Positions 39,953-54,384 of a stretch of 64,000 nucleotides of DNA are shown piece by piece. This stretch comes from Auanema rhodensis (taxonomy: Eukaryota > Animalia > Nematoda). Each line of letters starts with the position of its first letter. The stretch's first letter is position 1. The stretch is from contig OZ059896.1 in NCBI GenBank assembly GCA_964057225.1, positions 23,374,001-23,438,000 of the forward strand, in the 5' to 3' direction. Below the pieces are notes generated by a model, which saw nothing but the letters and a program-made list of their open reading frames with translations, ran no database searches and was not told where the DNA came from. A program made the translations under genes and the position numbers.

Positions 39953-42900
39953 TCCCCATGTCCATATTAGTCTAAAAACAAATTTTTATTAATATTGGTT
40001 CATGGTAACCATGTCTTTGAAATTTACGTGAACTTTAATTTATGCTAATTAAATGTACACGTGATGTGCACTTGGTATGTAACTCGCTTCACGTGAAAGA
40101 TAAAGAGATGCGGTTTTCAAAATTAGATTCCCCATGTCCATATTAGTCTAAAAACAAATTTTTATTAATATTGGTTCATGGTAACCATGTCTTTGAAATT
40201 TACGTGAACTTTAATTTATGCTAATTAAATGTACACGTGATGTGCACTTGGTATGTAACTCGCTTCACGTGAAAGATAAAGAGATGCGGTTTTCAAAATT
40301 AGATTCCCCATGTCCATATTAGTCTAAAAACAAATTTTTATTAATATTGGTTCATGGTAACCATGTCTTTGAAATTTACGTGAACTTTAATTTATGCTAA
40401 TTAAATGTACACGTGATGTGCACTTGGTATGTAACTCGCTTCACGTGAAAGATAAAGAGATGCGGTTTTCAAAATTAGATTCCCCATGTCCATATTAGTC
40501 TAAAAACAAATTTTTATTGATATTGATTCATGGTAACCATGACTTTGAAATTTACGTGAACTTTAATTTATGCTAATTAAATGTACACGTGATGTGCACT
40601 TGGTATGTAACTCGCTTCACGTGAAAGATAAAGAGATGCGGTTTTCAAAATTAGATTCCCCATGTCCATATTAGTCTAAAAACAAATTTTTATTAATATT
40701 GGTTCATGGTAACCATGTCTTTGAAATTTACGTGAACTTTAATTTATGCTAATTAAATGTACACGTGATGTGCACTTGGTATGTAACTCGCTTCACGTGA
40801 AAGATAAAGAAATGCGGTTTTCAAAATTAGATTCCCCATGTCCATTTTAGTCTAAAAACAAATTTTTATTGATATTGGTTCATGGTAACCATGACTTTGA
40901 AATTTACGTGAACTTTAATTTATGCTAATTAAATGTACACGTGATGTGCACTTGGTATGTAACTCGCTTCACGTGAAAGATAAAGAGATGCGGTTTTCAA
41001 AATTAGATTCCCCATGTCCATATTAGTCTAAAAACAAATTTTTATTAATATTGGTTCATGGTAACCATGTCTTTGAAATTTACGTGAACTTTAATTTATG
41101 CTAATTAAATGTACACGTGATGTGCACTTGGTATGTAACTCGCTTCACGTGAAAGATAAAGAGATGCGGTTTTCAAAATTAGATTCCCCATGTCCATATT
41201 AGTCTAAAAACAAATTTTTATTGATATTGGTTCATGGTAACCATGACTTTGAAATTTACGTGAACTTTAATTTATGCTAATTAAATGTACACGTGATGTG
41301 CACTTGGTATGTAACTCGCTTCACGTGAAAGATAAAGAGATGCGGTTTTCAAAATTAGATTCCCCATGTCCATATTAGTCTAAAAACAAATTTTTATTAA
41401 TATTGGTTCATGGTAACCATGTCTTTGAAATTTACGTGAACTTTAATTTATGCTAATTAAATGTACACGTGATGTGCACTTGGTATGTAACTCGCTTCAC
41501 GTGAAAGATAAAGAGATGCGGTTTTCAAAATTAGATTCCCCATGTCCATATTAGTCTAAAAACAAATTTTTATTAATATTGGTTCATGGTAACCATGTCT
41601 TTGAAATTTACGTGAACTTTAATTTATGCTAATTAAATGTACACGTGATGTGCACTTGGTATGTAACTCGCTTCACGTGAAAGATAAAGAGATGCGGTTT
41701 TCAAAATTAGATTCCCCATGTCCATATTAGTCTAAAAACAAATTTTTATTGATATTGGTTCATGGTAACCATGACTTTGAAATTTACGTGAACTTTAATT
41801 TATGCTAATTAAATGTACACGTGATGTGCACTTGGTATGTAACTCGCTTCACGTGAAAGATAAAGAGATGCGGTTTTCAAAATTAGATTCCCCATGTCCA
41901 TATTAGTCTAAAAACAAATTTTTATTAATATTGGTTCATGGTAACCATGTCTTTGAAATTTACGTGAACTTTAATTTATGCTAATTAAATGTACACGTGA
42001 TGTGCACTTGGTATGTAACTCGCTTCACGTGAAAGATAAAGAGATGCGGTTTTCAAAATTAGATTCCCCATGTCCATATTAGTATAAAAATAAATTTTTA
42101 TTGATATTGGTTCATGGTAACCATGACTTTGAAATTTACGTGAACTTTAATTTATGCTAATTAAATGTACACGTGATGTGCACTTGGTATGTAACTCGCT
42201 TCACGTGAAAGATAAAGAGATGCGGTTTTCAAAATTAGATTCCCCATGTCCATATTAGTCTAAAAACAAATTTTTATTAATATTGGTTCATGGTAACCAT
42301 GTCTTTGAAATTTACGTGAACTTTAATTTATGCTAATTAAATGTACACGTGATGTGCACTTGGTATGTAACTCGCTTCACGTAAAAGATAAAGAGATGCG
42401 GTTTTCAAAATTAGATTCCCCATGTCCATATTAGTCTAAAAACAAATTTTTATTGATATTGGTTCATGGTAACCATGATTTTGAAATTTACGTGAACTTT
42501 AATTTATGCTAATTAAATGTACACGTGATGTGCACTTGGTATGTAACTCGCTTCACGTGAAAGATAAAGAAATGCGGTTTTCAAAATTAGATTCCCCATG
42601 TCCATATTAGTATAAAAATAAATTTTTATTGATATTGGTTCATGGTAACCATGACTTTGAAATTTACGTGAACTTTAATTTATGCTAATTAAATGTACAC
42701 GTGATGTGCACTTGGTATGTAACTCGCTTCACGTGAAAGATAAAGAGATGCGGTTTTCAAAATTAGATTCCCCATGTCCATATTAGTCTAAAAACAAATT
42801 TTTATTAATATTGGTTCATGGTAACCATGTCTTTGAAATTTACGTGAACTTTAATTTATGCTAATTAAATGTACACGTGATGTGCACTTGGTATGTAACT

Positions 42901-45900
42901 CGCTTCACGTAAAAGATAAAGAGATGCGGTTTTCAAAATTAGATTCCCCATGTCCATATTAGTCTAAAAACAAATTTTTATTGATATTGGTTCATGGTAA
43001 CCATGATTTTGAAATTTACGTGAACTTTAATTTATGCTAATTAAATGTACACGTGATGTGCACTTGGTATGTAACTCGCTTCACGTGAAAGATAAAGAAA
43101 TGCGGTTTTCAAAATTAGATTCCCCATGTCCATTTTAGTCTAAAAACAAATTTTTATTGATATTGGTTCATGGTAACCATGACTTTGATATTTACGTGAA
43201 CTTTAATTTATGCTAATTAAATGTACACGTGATGTGCACTTGGTATGTAACTCGCTTCACGTGAAAGATAAAGAGATGCGGTTTTCAAAATTAGATTCCC
43301 CATGTCCATATTAGTCTAAAAACAAATTTTTGTTGATATTGGTGCATGGTAACCATGACTTTGAAATTTACGTGAACTTTAATTTATGCTAATTAAATGT
43401 ACACGTGATGTGCACTTGGTATGTAACTCGCTTCACGTAAAAGATAAAGAGATGCGGTTTTCAAAATTAGATTCCCCATGTCCATATTAGTATAAAAATA
43501 AATTTTTATTAATATTGGTTCATGGTAACCATGTCTTTGAAATTTACGTGAACTTTAATTTATGCTAATTAAATGTACACGTGATGTGCACTTGGTATGT
43601 AACTCGCTTCACGTGAAAGATAAAGAGATGCGGTTTTCAAAATTAGATTCCCCATGTCCATATTAGTCTAAAAACAAATTTTTATTAATATTGGTTCATG
43701 GTAACCATGTCTTTGAAATTTACGTGAACTTTAATTTATGCTAATTAAATGTACACGTGATGTGCACTTGGTATGTAACTCGCTTCACGTGAAAGATAAA
43801 GAGATGCGGTTTTCAAAATTAGATTCCCCATGTCCATATTAGTATAAAAATAAATTTTTATTGATATTGGTTCATGGTAACCATGACTTTGAAATTTACG
43901 TGAACTTTAATTTATGCTAATTAAATGTACACGTGATGTGCACTTGGTATGTAACTCGCTTCACGTGAAAGATAAAGAGATGCGGTTTTCAAAATTAGAT
44001 TCCCCATGTCCATATTAGTCTAAAAACAAATTTTTATTAATATTGGTTCATGGTAACCATGTCTTTGAAATTTACGTGAACTTTAATTTATGCTAATTAA
44101 ATGTACACGTGATGTGCACTTGGTATGTAACTCGCTTCACGTGAAAGATAAAGAGATGCGGTTTTCAAAATTAGATTCCCCATGTCCATATTAGTATAAA
44201 AATAAATTTTTATTGATATTGGTTCATGGTAACCATGACTTTGAAATTTACGTGAACTTTAATTTATGCTAATTAAATGTACACGTGATGTGCACTTGGT
44301 ATGTAACTCGCTTCACGTGAAAGATAAAGAGATGCGGTTTTCAAAATTAGATTCCCCATGTCCATATTAGTCTAAAAACAAATTTTTATTAATATTGGTT
44401 CATGGTAACCATGTCTTTGAAATTTACGTGAACTTTAATTTATGCTAATTAAATGTACACGTGATGTGCACTTGGTATGTAACTCGCTTCACGTAAAAGA
44501 TAAAGAGATGCGGTTTTCAAAATTAGATTCCCCATGTCCATATTAGTCTAAAAACAAATTTTTATTGATATTGGTTCATGGTAACCATGATTTTGAAATT
44601 TACGTGAACTTTAATTTATGCTAATTAAATGTACACGTGATGTGCACTTGGTATGTAACTCGCTTCACGTGAAAGATAAAGAAATGCGGTTTTCAAAATT
44701 AGATTCCCCATGTCCATTTTAGTCTAAAAACAAATTTTTATTGATATTGGTTCATGGTAACCATGACTTTGATATTTACGTGAACTTTAATTTATGCTAA
44801 TTAAATGTACACGTGATGTGCACTTGGTATGTAACTCGCTTCACGTGAAAGATAAAGAGATGCGGTTTTCAAAATTAGATTCCCCATGTCCATATTAGTC
44901 TAAAAACAAATTTTTGTTGATATTGGTGCATGGTAACCATGACTTTGAAATTTACGTGAACTTTAATTTATGCTAATTAAATGTACACGTGATGTGCACT
45001 TGGTATGTAACTCGCTTCACGTAAAAGATAAAGAGATGCGGTTTTCAAAATTAGATTCCCCATGTCCATATTAGTCTAAAAACAAATTTTTATTGATATT
45101 GGTGCATGGTAACCATGACTTTGAAATTTACGTGAACTTTAATTTATGCTAATTAAATGTACACTTGATGTACACTTGGTATGTAACTCGCTTCACGTGA
45201 AAGATAAAGAGATGCGGTTTTCAAAATTAGATTCCCCATGTCCATATTAGTTTAAAAACAAATTTTTATTGATATTGGTGCATGGTAACCATGACTTTGA
45301 AATTTACGTGAACTTTAATTTATGCTAATTAAATGTACACGTGATGTGCACTTGGTATGTAACTCGCTTCACGTGAAAGATAAAGAGATGCGGTTTTCAA
45401 AATTAGATTTCCCATGTCCATATTAGTATAAAAATAAATTTTTATTGATATTGGTTCATGGTAACCATGACTTTGAAATTTACGTGAACTTTAATTTATG
45501 CTAATTAAATGTACACGTGATGTGCACTTGGTATGTAACTCGCTTCACGTGAAAGATAAAGAGATGCGGTTTTCAAAATTAGATTCCCCATGTCCATATT
45601 AGTCTAAAAACAAATTTTTATTGATATTGGTTCATGGTAACCATGATTTTGAAATTTACGTGAACTTTAATTTATGCTAATTAAATGTACACGTGATGTG
45701 CACTTGGTATGTAACTCGCTTCACGTGAAAGATAAAGAAATGCGGTTTTCAAAATTAGATTCCCCATGTCCATTTTAGTCTAAAAACAAATTTTTATTGA
45801 TATTGGTTCATGGTAACCATGTCTTTGAAATTTTCGTGAACTTTAATTTATGCTAATTAAATGTACACATGATGTGCACTTGGTATGTAACTCGCTTCAT

Positions 45901-48752
45901 GTGAAAGATAAAGAGATGCGGTTTTCAAAATTAGATTCCCCATGTCCATATTAGTCTAAAAACAAATTTTTATTAATATTGGTTCATGGTAACCATGTCT
46001 TTGAAATTTACGTGAACTTTAATTTATGCTAATTAAATGTACACGTGATGTGCACTTGGTATGTAACTCGCTTCACGTGAAAGATAAAGAGATGCGGTTT
46101 TCAAAATTAGATTCCCCATGTCCATATTAGTCTAAAAACAAATTTTTATTGATATTGGTTCATGGTAACCATGACCTTGAAATTTACGTGAACTTTAATT
46201 TATGCTAATTAAATGTAAACGTAATGTGAACTTGGTATGTAACTCGCTTCACGTGTAAGATAAAGAGATGCGGTTTTCAAAATTAGATTCCCCATGTCCA
46301 TATTAGTCTAAAAACAAATTTTTATTGATATTGGTTCATGGTAACCATGTCTTTGAAATTTTCGTGAACTTTAATTTATGCTAATTAAATGTACACATGA
46401 TGTGCACTTGGTATGTAACTCGCTTCATGTGAAAGATAAAGAGATGCGGTTTTCAAAATTAGATTCCCCATGTCCATATTAGTCTAAAAACAAATTTTTA
46501 TTAATATTGGTTCATGGTAACCATGTCTTTGAAATTTACGTGAACTTTAATTTATGCTAATTAAATGTACACGTGATGTGCACTTGGTATGTAACTCGCT
46601 TCACGTGAAAGATAAAGAGATGCGGTTTTCAAAATTAGATTCCCCATGTCCATATTAGTCTAAAAACAAATTTTTATTAATATTGGTTCATGGTAACCAT
46701 GTCTTTGAAATTTACGTGAACTTTAATTTATGCTAATTAAATGTACACGTGATGTGCACTTGGTATGTAACTCGCTTCACGTGAAAGATAAAGAGATGCG
46801 GTTTTCAAAATTAGATTCCCCATGTCCATATTAGTCTAAAAACAAATTTTTATTGATATTGGTTCATGGTAAACATGACTTTGAAATTTACGTGAACTTT
46901 AATTTATGCTAATTAAATGTACACGTGATGTGCACTTGGTATGTAACTCGCTTCACGTGTAAGATAAAGAGATGCGGTTTTCAAAATTAGATTCCCCATG
47001 TCCATATTAGTCTAAAAACAAATTGTTATTGATATTGGTTCATGGTAACCATGTCTTTGAAATTTTCGTGAACTTTAATTTATGCTAATTAAATGTACAC
47101 GTGATGTGCACTTGGTATGTAACTCGCTTCATGTGAAAGATAAAGAGATGCGGTTTTCACAATTAGATTCCCCATGTCCATATTAGTCTAAAAACAAATT
47201 TTTATTAATATTGGTTCATGGTAACCATGTCTTTGAAATTTACGTGAACTTTAATTTATGCTAATTAAATGTACACGTGATGTGCACTTGGTATGTAACT
47301 CGCTTCACGTGAAAGAAAAAGAGATGCGGTTTTCAAAATTAGATTCCCCATGTCCATATTAGTCTAAAAACAAATTTTTATTGATATTGGTTCATGGTAA
47401 CCATGACTTTGAAATTTACGTGAACTTTAATTTATGCTAATTAAATGTACACGTGATGTGCACTTGGTATGTAACTCGCTTCACGTGAAAGATAAAGAGA
47501 TGCGGTTTTCAAAATTAGATTCCCCATGTCCATATTAGTCTAAAAACAAATTTTTATTGATATTGGTTCATGGTAACCATGATTTTGAAATTTACGTGAA
47601 CTTTAATTTATGCTAATTAAATGTACACGTGATGTGCACTTGGTATGTAACTCGCTTCACGTGAAAGATAAAGAGATGCGGTTTTCAAAATTAGATTCCC
47701 CATGTCCATATTAGTCTAAAAACAAATTTTTATTAATATTGGTTCATGGTAACCATGACTTTGAAATTTACGTGAACTTTAATTTATGCTAATTAAATGT
47801 ACACGTGATGTGCACTTGGTATGTAACTCGCTTCACGTGAAAGATAAAGAGATGCGGTTTTCAAAATTAGATTCCCCATGTCCATATTAGTCTAAAAACA
47901 AATTTTTATTAATATTGGTTCATGGTAACCATGACTTTGAAATTTACGTGAACTTTAATTTATGCTAATTAAATGTACACGTGATGTGCACTTGGTATGT
48001 AACTCGCTTCACGTGAAAGATAAAGAGATGCGGTTTTCAAAATTAGATTCCCCATGTCCATATTAGTCTAAAAACAAATTTTTATTAATATTGGTTCATG
48101 GTAACCATGTCTTTGAAATTTACGTGAACTTTAATTTATGCTAATTAAATGTACACGTGATGTGCACTTGGTATGTAACTCGCTTCATGTGAAAGATAAA
48201 GAGATGCGGTTTTCACAATTAGATTCCCCATGTCCATATTAGTCTAAAAACAAATTTTTATTAATATTGGTTCATGGTAACCATGACTTTGAAATTTACG
48301 TGAACTTTAATTTATGCTAATTAAATGTACACGTGATGTGCACTTGGTATGTAACTCGCTTCACGTGTAAGATAAAGAGATGCGGTTTTCAAAATTAGAT
48401 TCCCCATGTCCATATTAGTCTAAAAACAAATTGTTATTGATATTGGTTCATGGTAACCATGTCTTTGAAATTTTCGTGAACTTTAATTTATGCTAATTAA
48501 ATGTACACGTGATGTGCACTTGGTATGTAACTCGCTTCATGTGAAAGATAAAGAGATGCGGTTTTCACAATTAGATTCCCCATGTCCATATTAGTCTAAA
48601 AACAAATTTTTATTAATATTGGTTCATGGTAACCATGTCTTTGAAATTTACGTGAACTTTAATTTATGCTAATTAAATGTACACGTGATGTGCACTTGGT
48701 ATGTAACTCGCTTCACGTGAAAGAAAAAGAGATGCGGTTTTCAAAATTAGAT

Positions 48753-51700
48753 TCCCCATGTCCATATTAGTCTAAAAACAAATTTTTATTGATATTGGTT
48801 CATGGTAACCATGACTTTGAAATTTACGTGAACTTTAATTTATGCTAATTAAATGTACACGTGATGTGCACTTGGTATGTAACTCGCTTCACGTGAAAGA
48901 TAAAGAGATGCGGTTTTCAAAATTAGATTCCCCATGTCCATATTAGTCTAAAAACAAATTTTTATTGATATTGGTTCATGGTAACCATGATTTTGAAATT
49001 TACGTGAACTTTAATTTATGCTAATTAAATGTACACGTGATGTGCACTTGGTATGTAACTCGCTTCACGTGAAAGATAAAGAGATGCGGTTTTCAAAATT
49101 AGATTCCCCATGTCCATATTAGTCTAAAAACAAATTTTTATTAATATTGGTTCATGGTAACCATGACTTTGAAATTTACGTGAACTTTAATTTATGCTAA
49201 TTAAATGTACACGTGATGTGCACTTGGTATGTAACTCGCTTCACGTGAAAGATAAAGAGATGCGGTTTTCAAAATTAGATTCCCCATGTCCATATTAGTC
49301 TAAAAACAAATTTTTATTAATATTGGTTCATGGTAACCATGTCTTTGAAATTTACGTGAACTTTAATTTATGCTAATTAAATGTACACGTGATGTGCACT
49401 TGGTATGTAACTCGCTTCACGTGAAAGATAAAGAGATGCGGTTTTCAAAATTAGATTCCCCATGTCCATATTAGTCTAAAAACAAATTTTTATTAATATT
49501 GGTTCATGGTAACCATGTCTTTGAAATTTACGTGAACTTTAATTTATGCTAATTAAATGTACACGTGATGTGCACTTGGTATGTAACTCGCTTCACGTGA
49601 AAGATAAAGAGATGCGGTTTTCAAAATTAAATTCCCCATGTCCATATTAGTCTAAAAACAAATTTTTATTGATATTGGTTCATGGTAACCATGACTTTGA
49701 AATTTACGTGAACTTTAATTTATGCTAATTAAATGTACACGTGATGTGCACTTGGTATGTAACTCGCTTCACGTGTAAGATAAAGAGATGCGGTTTTCAA
49801 AATTAGATTCCCCATGTCCATATTAGTCTAAAAACAAATTTTTATTGATATTGGTTCATGGTAACCATGTCTTTGAAATTTTCGTGAACTTTAATTTATG
49901 CTAATTAAATGTACACGTGATGTGCACTTGGTATGTAACTCGCTTCACGTGAAAGATAAAGAGATGCGGTTTTCAAAATTAGATTCCCCATGTCCATATT
50001 AGTCTAAAAACAAATTTTTATTGATATTGGTTCATGGTAACCATGACTTTGAAATTTACGTGAACTTTAATTTATGCTAATTAAATGTACACGTGATGTG
50101 CACTTGGTATGTAACTCGCTTCACGTGAAAGATAAAGAGATGCGGTTTTCAAAATTAGATTCCCCATGTCCATATTAGGCTAAAAACAAATTTTTATTAA
50201 TATTGGTTCATGGTAACCATGTCTTTGAAATTTACGTGAACTTTAATTTATGCTAATTAAATGTACACGTGATGTGCACTTGGTATGTAACTCGCTTCAC
50301 GTGAAAGATAAAGAGATGCGGTTTTCAAAATTAGATTCCCCATGTCCATATTAGTCTAAAAACAAATTTTTATTAATATTGGTTCATGGTAACCATGTCT
50401 TTGAAATTTACGTGAACTTTAATTTATGCTAATTAAATGTACACGTGATGTGCACTTGGTATGTAACTCGCTTCACGTGAAAGATAAAGAGATGCGGTTT
50501 TCAAAATTAGATTCTTCATGTCCATATTAGTCTAAAAACAAATTTTTATTAATATTGGTTCATGGTAACCATGTCTTTGAAATTTACGTGAACTTTAATT
50601 TATGCTAATTAAATGTACACGTGATGTGCACTTGGTATGTAACTCGCTTCACGTGAAAGATAAAGAGATGCGGTTTTCAAAATTATATTCCCCATGTCCA
50701 TATTAGTCTAAAAACAAATTTGTATTAATATTGGTTCATGGTAACCATGTCTTTGAAATTTACGTGAACTTTAATGTATGCTAATTAAATGTACACGTGA
50801 TGTGCACTTGGTATGTAACTCGCTTCACGTGAAAGATAAAGAGATGCGGTTTTCAAAATTAGATTCCCCATGTCCATATTAGTCTAAAAACAAATTTTTA
50901 TTGATATTGGTTCATGGTAACCATGACTTTGAAATTTACGTGAACTTTAATTTATGCTAATTAAATGTACACGTGATGTGCACTTGGTATGTAACTCGCT
51001 TCACGTGAAAGATAAAGAGATGCGGTTTTCAAAATTAGATTCCCCATTTCCATATTAGTCTAAAAACAAATTTTTATTAATATTGGTTCATGGTAACCAT
51101 GTCTTTGAAATTTACGTGAACTTTAATTTATGCTAATTAAATGTACACGTGATGTGCACTTGGTATGTAACTCGCTTCACGTGAAAGATAAAGAGATGCG
51201 GTTTTCAAAATTAGATTCCCCATGTCCATATTAGTCTAAAAACAAATTTTTATTGATATTGGTTCATGGTAACCATGATTTTGAAATTTACGTGAACTTT
51301 AATTTATGCTAATTAAATGTACACGTGATGTGCACTTGGTATGTAACTCGCTTCACGTGAAAGATAAAGAGATGCGGTTTTCAAAATTAGATTCCCCATG
51401 TCCATATTAGTCTAAAAACAAATTTTTATTAATATTGGTTCATGGTAACCATGTCTTTGAAATTTACGTGAACTTTAATTTATGCTAATTAAATGTACAC
51501 GTGATGTGCTCTTGGTATGTAACTCGCTTCACGTGAAAGATAAAGAGATGCGGTTTTCAAAATTAGATTCCCCATGTCCATATTAGTCTAAAAACAAATT
51601 TTTATTAATATTGGTTCATGGTAACCATGACTTTGAAATTTACGTGAACTTTAATTTATGCTAATTAAATGTACACGTGATGTGCACTTGGTATGTAACT

Positions 51701-54384
51701 CGCTTCACGTGTAAGATAAAGAGATGCGGTTTTCAAAATTAGATTCCCCATGTCCATATTAGTCTAAAAACAAATTTTTATTGATATTGGTTCATGGTAA
51801 CCATGACTTTGAAATTTACGTGAACTTTAATTTATGCTAATTAAATGTACACGTGATGTGCACTTGGTATGTAACTCGCTTCACGTGAAAGAAAAAGAGA
51901 TGCGGTTTTCAAAATTAGATTCCCCATGTCCATATTAGTCTAAAAACAAATTTTTATTGATATTGGTTCATGGTAACCATGACTTTGAAATTTACGTGAA
52001 CTTTAATTTATGCTAATTAAATGTACACGTGATGTGCACTTGGTATGTAACTCGCTTCACGTGAAAGATAAAGAGATGCGGTTTTCAAAATTAGATTCCC
52101 CATGTCCATATTAGTCTAAAAACAAATTTTTATTGATATTGGTTCATGGTAACCATGATTTTGAAATTTACGTGAACTTTAATTTATGCTAATTAAATGT
52201 ACACGTGATGTGCACTTGGTATGTAACTCGCTTCACGTGAAAGATAAAGAGATGCGGTTTTCAAAATTAGATTCCCCATGTCCATATTAGTCTAAAAACA
52301 AATTTTTATTAATATTGGTTCATGGTAACCATGACTTTGAAATTTACGTGAACTTTAATTTATGCTAATTAAATGTACACGTGATGTGCACTTGGTATGT
52401 AACTCGCTTCACGTGAAAGATAAAGAGATGCGGTTTTCAAAATTAGATTCCCCATGTCCATATTAGTCTAAAAACAAATTTTTATTAATATTGGTTCATG
52501 GTAACCATGTCTTTGAAATTTACGTGAACTTTAATTTATGCTAATTAAATGTACACGTGATGTGCACTTGGTATGTAACTCGCTTCACGTGAAAGATAAA
52601 GAGATGCGGTTTTCAAAATTAGATTCCCCATGTCCATATTAGTCTAAAAACAAATTTTTATTAATATTGGTTCATGGTAACCATGTCTTTGAAATTTACG
52701 TGAACTTTAATTTATGCTAATTAAATGTACACGTGATGTGCACTTGGTATGTAACTCGCTTCACGTGAAAGATAAAGAGATGCGGTTTTCAAAATTAAAT
52801 TCCCCATGTCCATATTAGTCTAAAAACAAATTTTTATTGATATTGGTTCATGGTAACCATGACTTTGAAATTTACGTGAACTTTAATTTATGCTAATTAA
52901 ATGTACACGTGATGTGCACTTGGTATGTAACTCGCTTCACGTGTAAGATAAAGAGATGCGGTTTTCAAAATTAGATTCCCCATGTCCATATTAGTCTAAA
53001 AACAAATTTTTATTGATATTGGTTCATGGTAACCATGTCTTTGAAATTTTCGTGAACTTTAATTTATGCTAATTAAATGTACACGTGATGTGCACTTGGT
53101 ATGTAACTCGCTTCACGTGAAAGATAAAGAGATGCGGTTTTCAAAATTAGATTCCCCATGTCCATATTAGTCTAAAAACAAATTTTTATTGATATTGGTT
53201 CATGGTAACCATGACTTTGAAATTTACGTGAACTTTAATTTATGCTAATTAAATGTACACGTGATGTGCACTTGGTATGTAACTCGCTTCACGTGAAAGA
53301 TAAAGAGATGCGGTTTTCAAAATTAGATTCCCCATGTCCATATTAGGCTAAAAACAAATTTTTATTAATATTGGTTCATGGTAACCATGTCTTTGAAATT
53401 TACGTGAACTTTAATTTATGCTAATTAAATGTACACGTGATGTGCACTTGGTATGTAACTCGCTTCACGTGAAAGATAAAGAGATGCGGTTTTCAAAATT
53501 AGATTCCCCATGTCCATATTAGTCTAAAAACAAATTTTTATTAATATTGGTTCATGGTAACCATGTCTTTGAAATTTACGTGAACTTTAATTTATGCTAA
53601 TTAAATGTACACGTGATGTGCACTTGGTATGTAACTCGCTTCACGTGAAAGATAAAGAGATGCGGTTTTCAAAATTAGATTCTTCATGTCCATATTAGTC
53701 TAAAAACAAATTTTTATTAATATTGGTTCATGGTAACCATGTCTTTGAAATTTACGTGAACTTTAATTTATGCTAATTAAATGTACACGTGATGTGCACT
53801 TGGTATGTAACTCGCTTCACGTGAAAGATAAAGAGATGCGGTTTTCAAAATTATATTCCCCATGTCCATATTAGTCTAAAAACAAATTTGTATTAATATT
53901 GGTTCATGGTAACCATGTCTTTGAAATTTACGTGAACTTTAATGTATGCTAATTAAATGTACACGTGATGTGCACTTGGTATGTAACTCGCTTCACGTGA
54001 AAGATAAAGAGATGCGGTTTTCAAAATTAGATTCCCCATGTCCATATTAGTCTAAAAACAAATTTTTATTGATATTGGTTCATGGTAACCATGACTTTGA
54101 AATTTACGTGAACTTTAATTTATGCTAATTAAATGTACACGTGATGTGCACTTGGTATGTAACTCGCTTCACGTGAAAGATAAAGAGATGCGGTTTTCAA
54201 AATTAGATTCCCCATTTCCATATTAGTCTAAAAACAAATTTTTATTAATATTGGTTCATGGTAACCATGTCTTTGAAATTTACGTGAACTTTAATTTATG
54301 CTAATTAAATGTACACGTGATGTGCACTTGGTATGTAACTCGCTTCACGTGAAAGATAAAGAGATGCGGTTTTCAAAATTAGAT
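48753..54384 (+). repeat. Tandem duplication with an 18-monomer (3168-bp) period: m278-291 = m296-309
   Basis: Private variants T19G (m286/m304), G174T (m288/m306) and T34G+T88G (m289/m307) recur 3168 bp apart. Confidence 0.93.
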
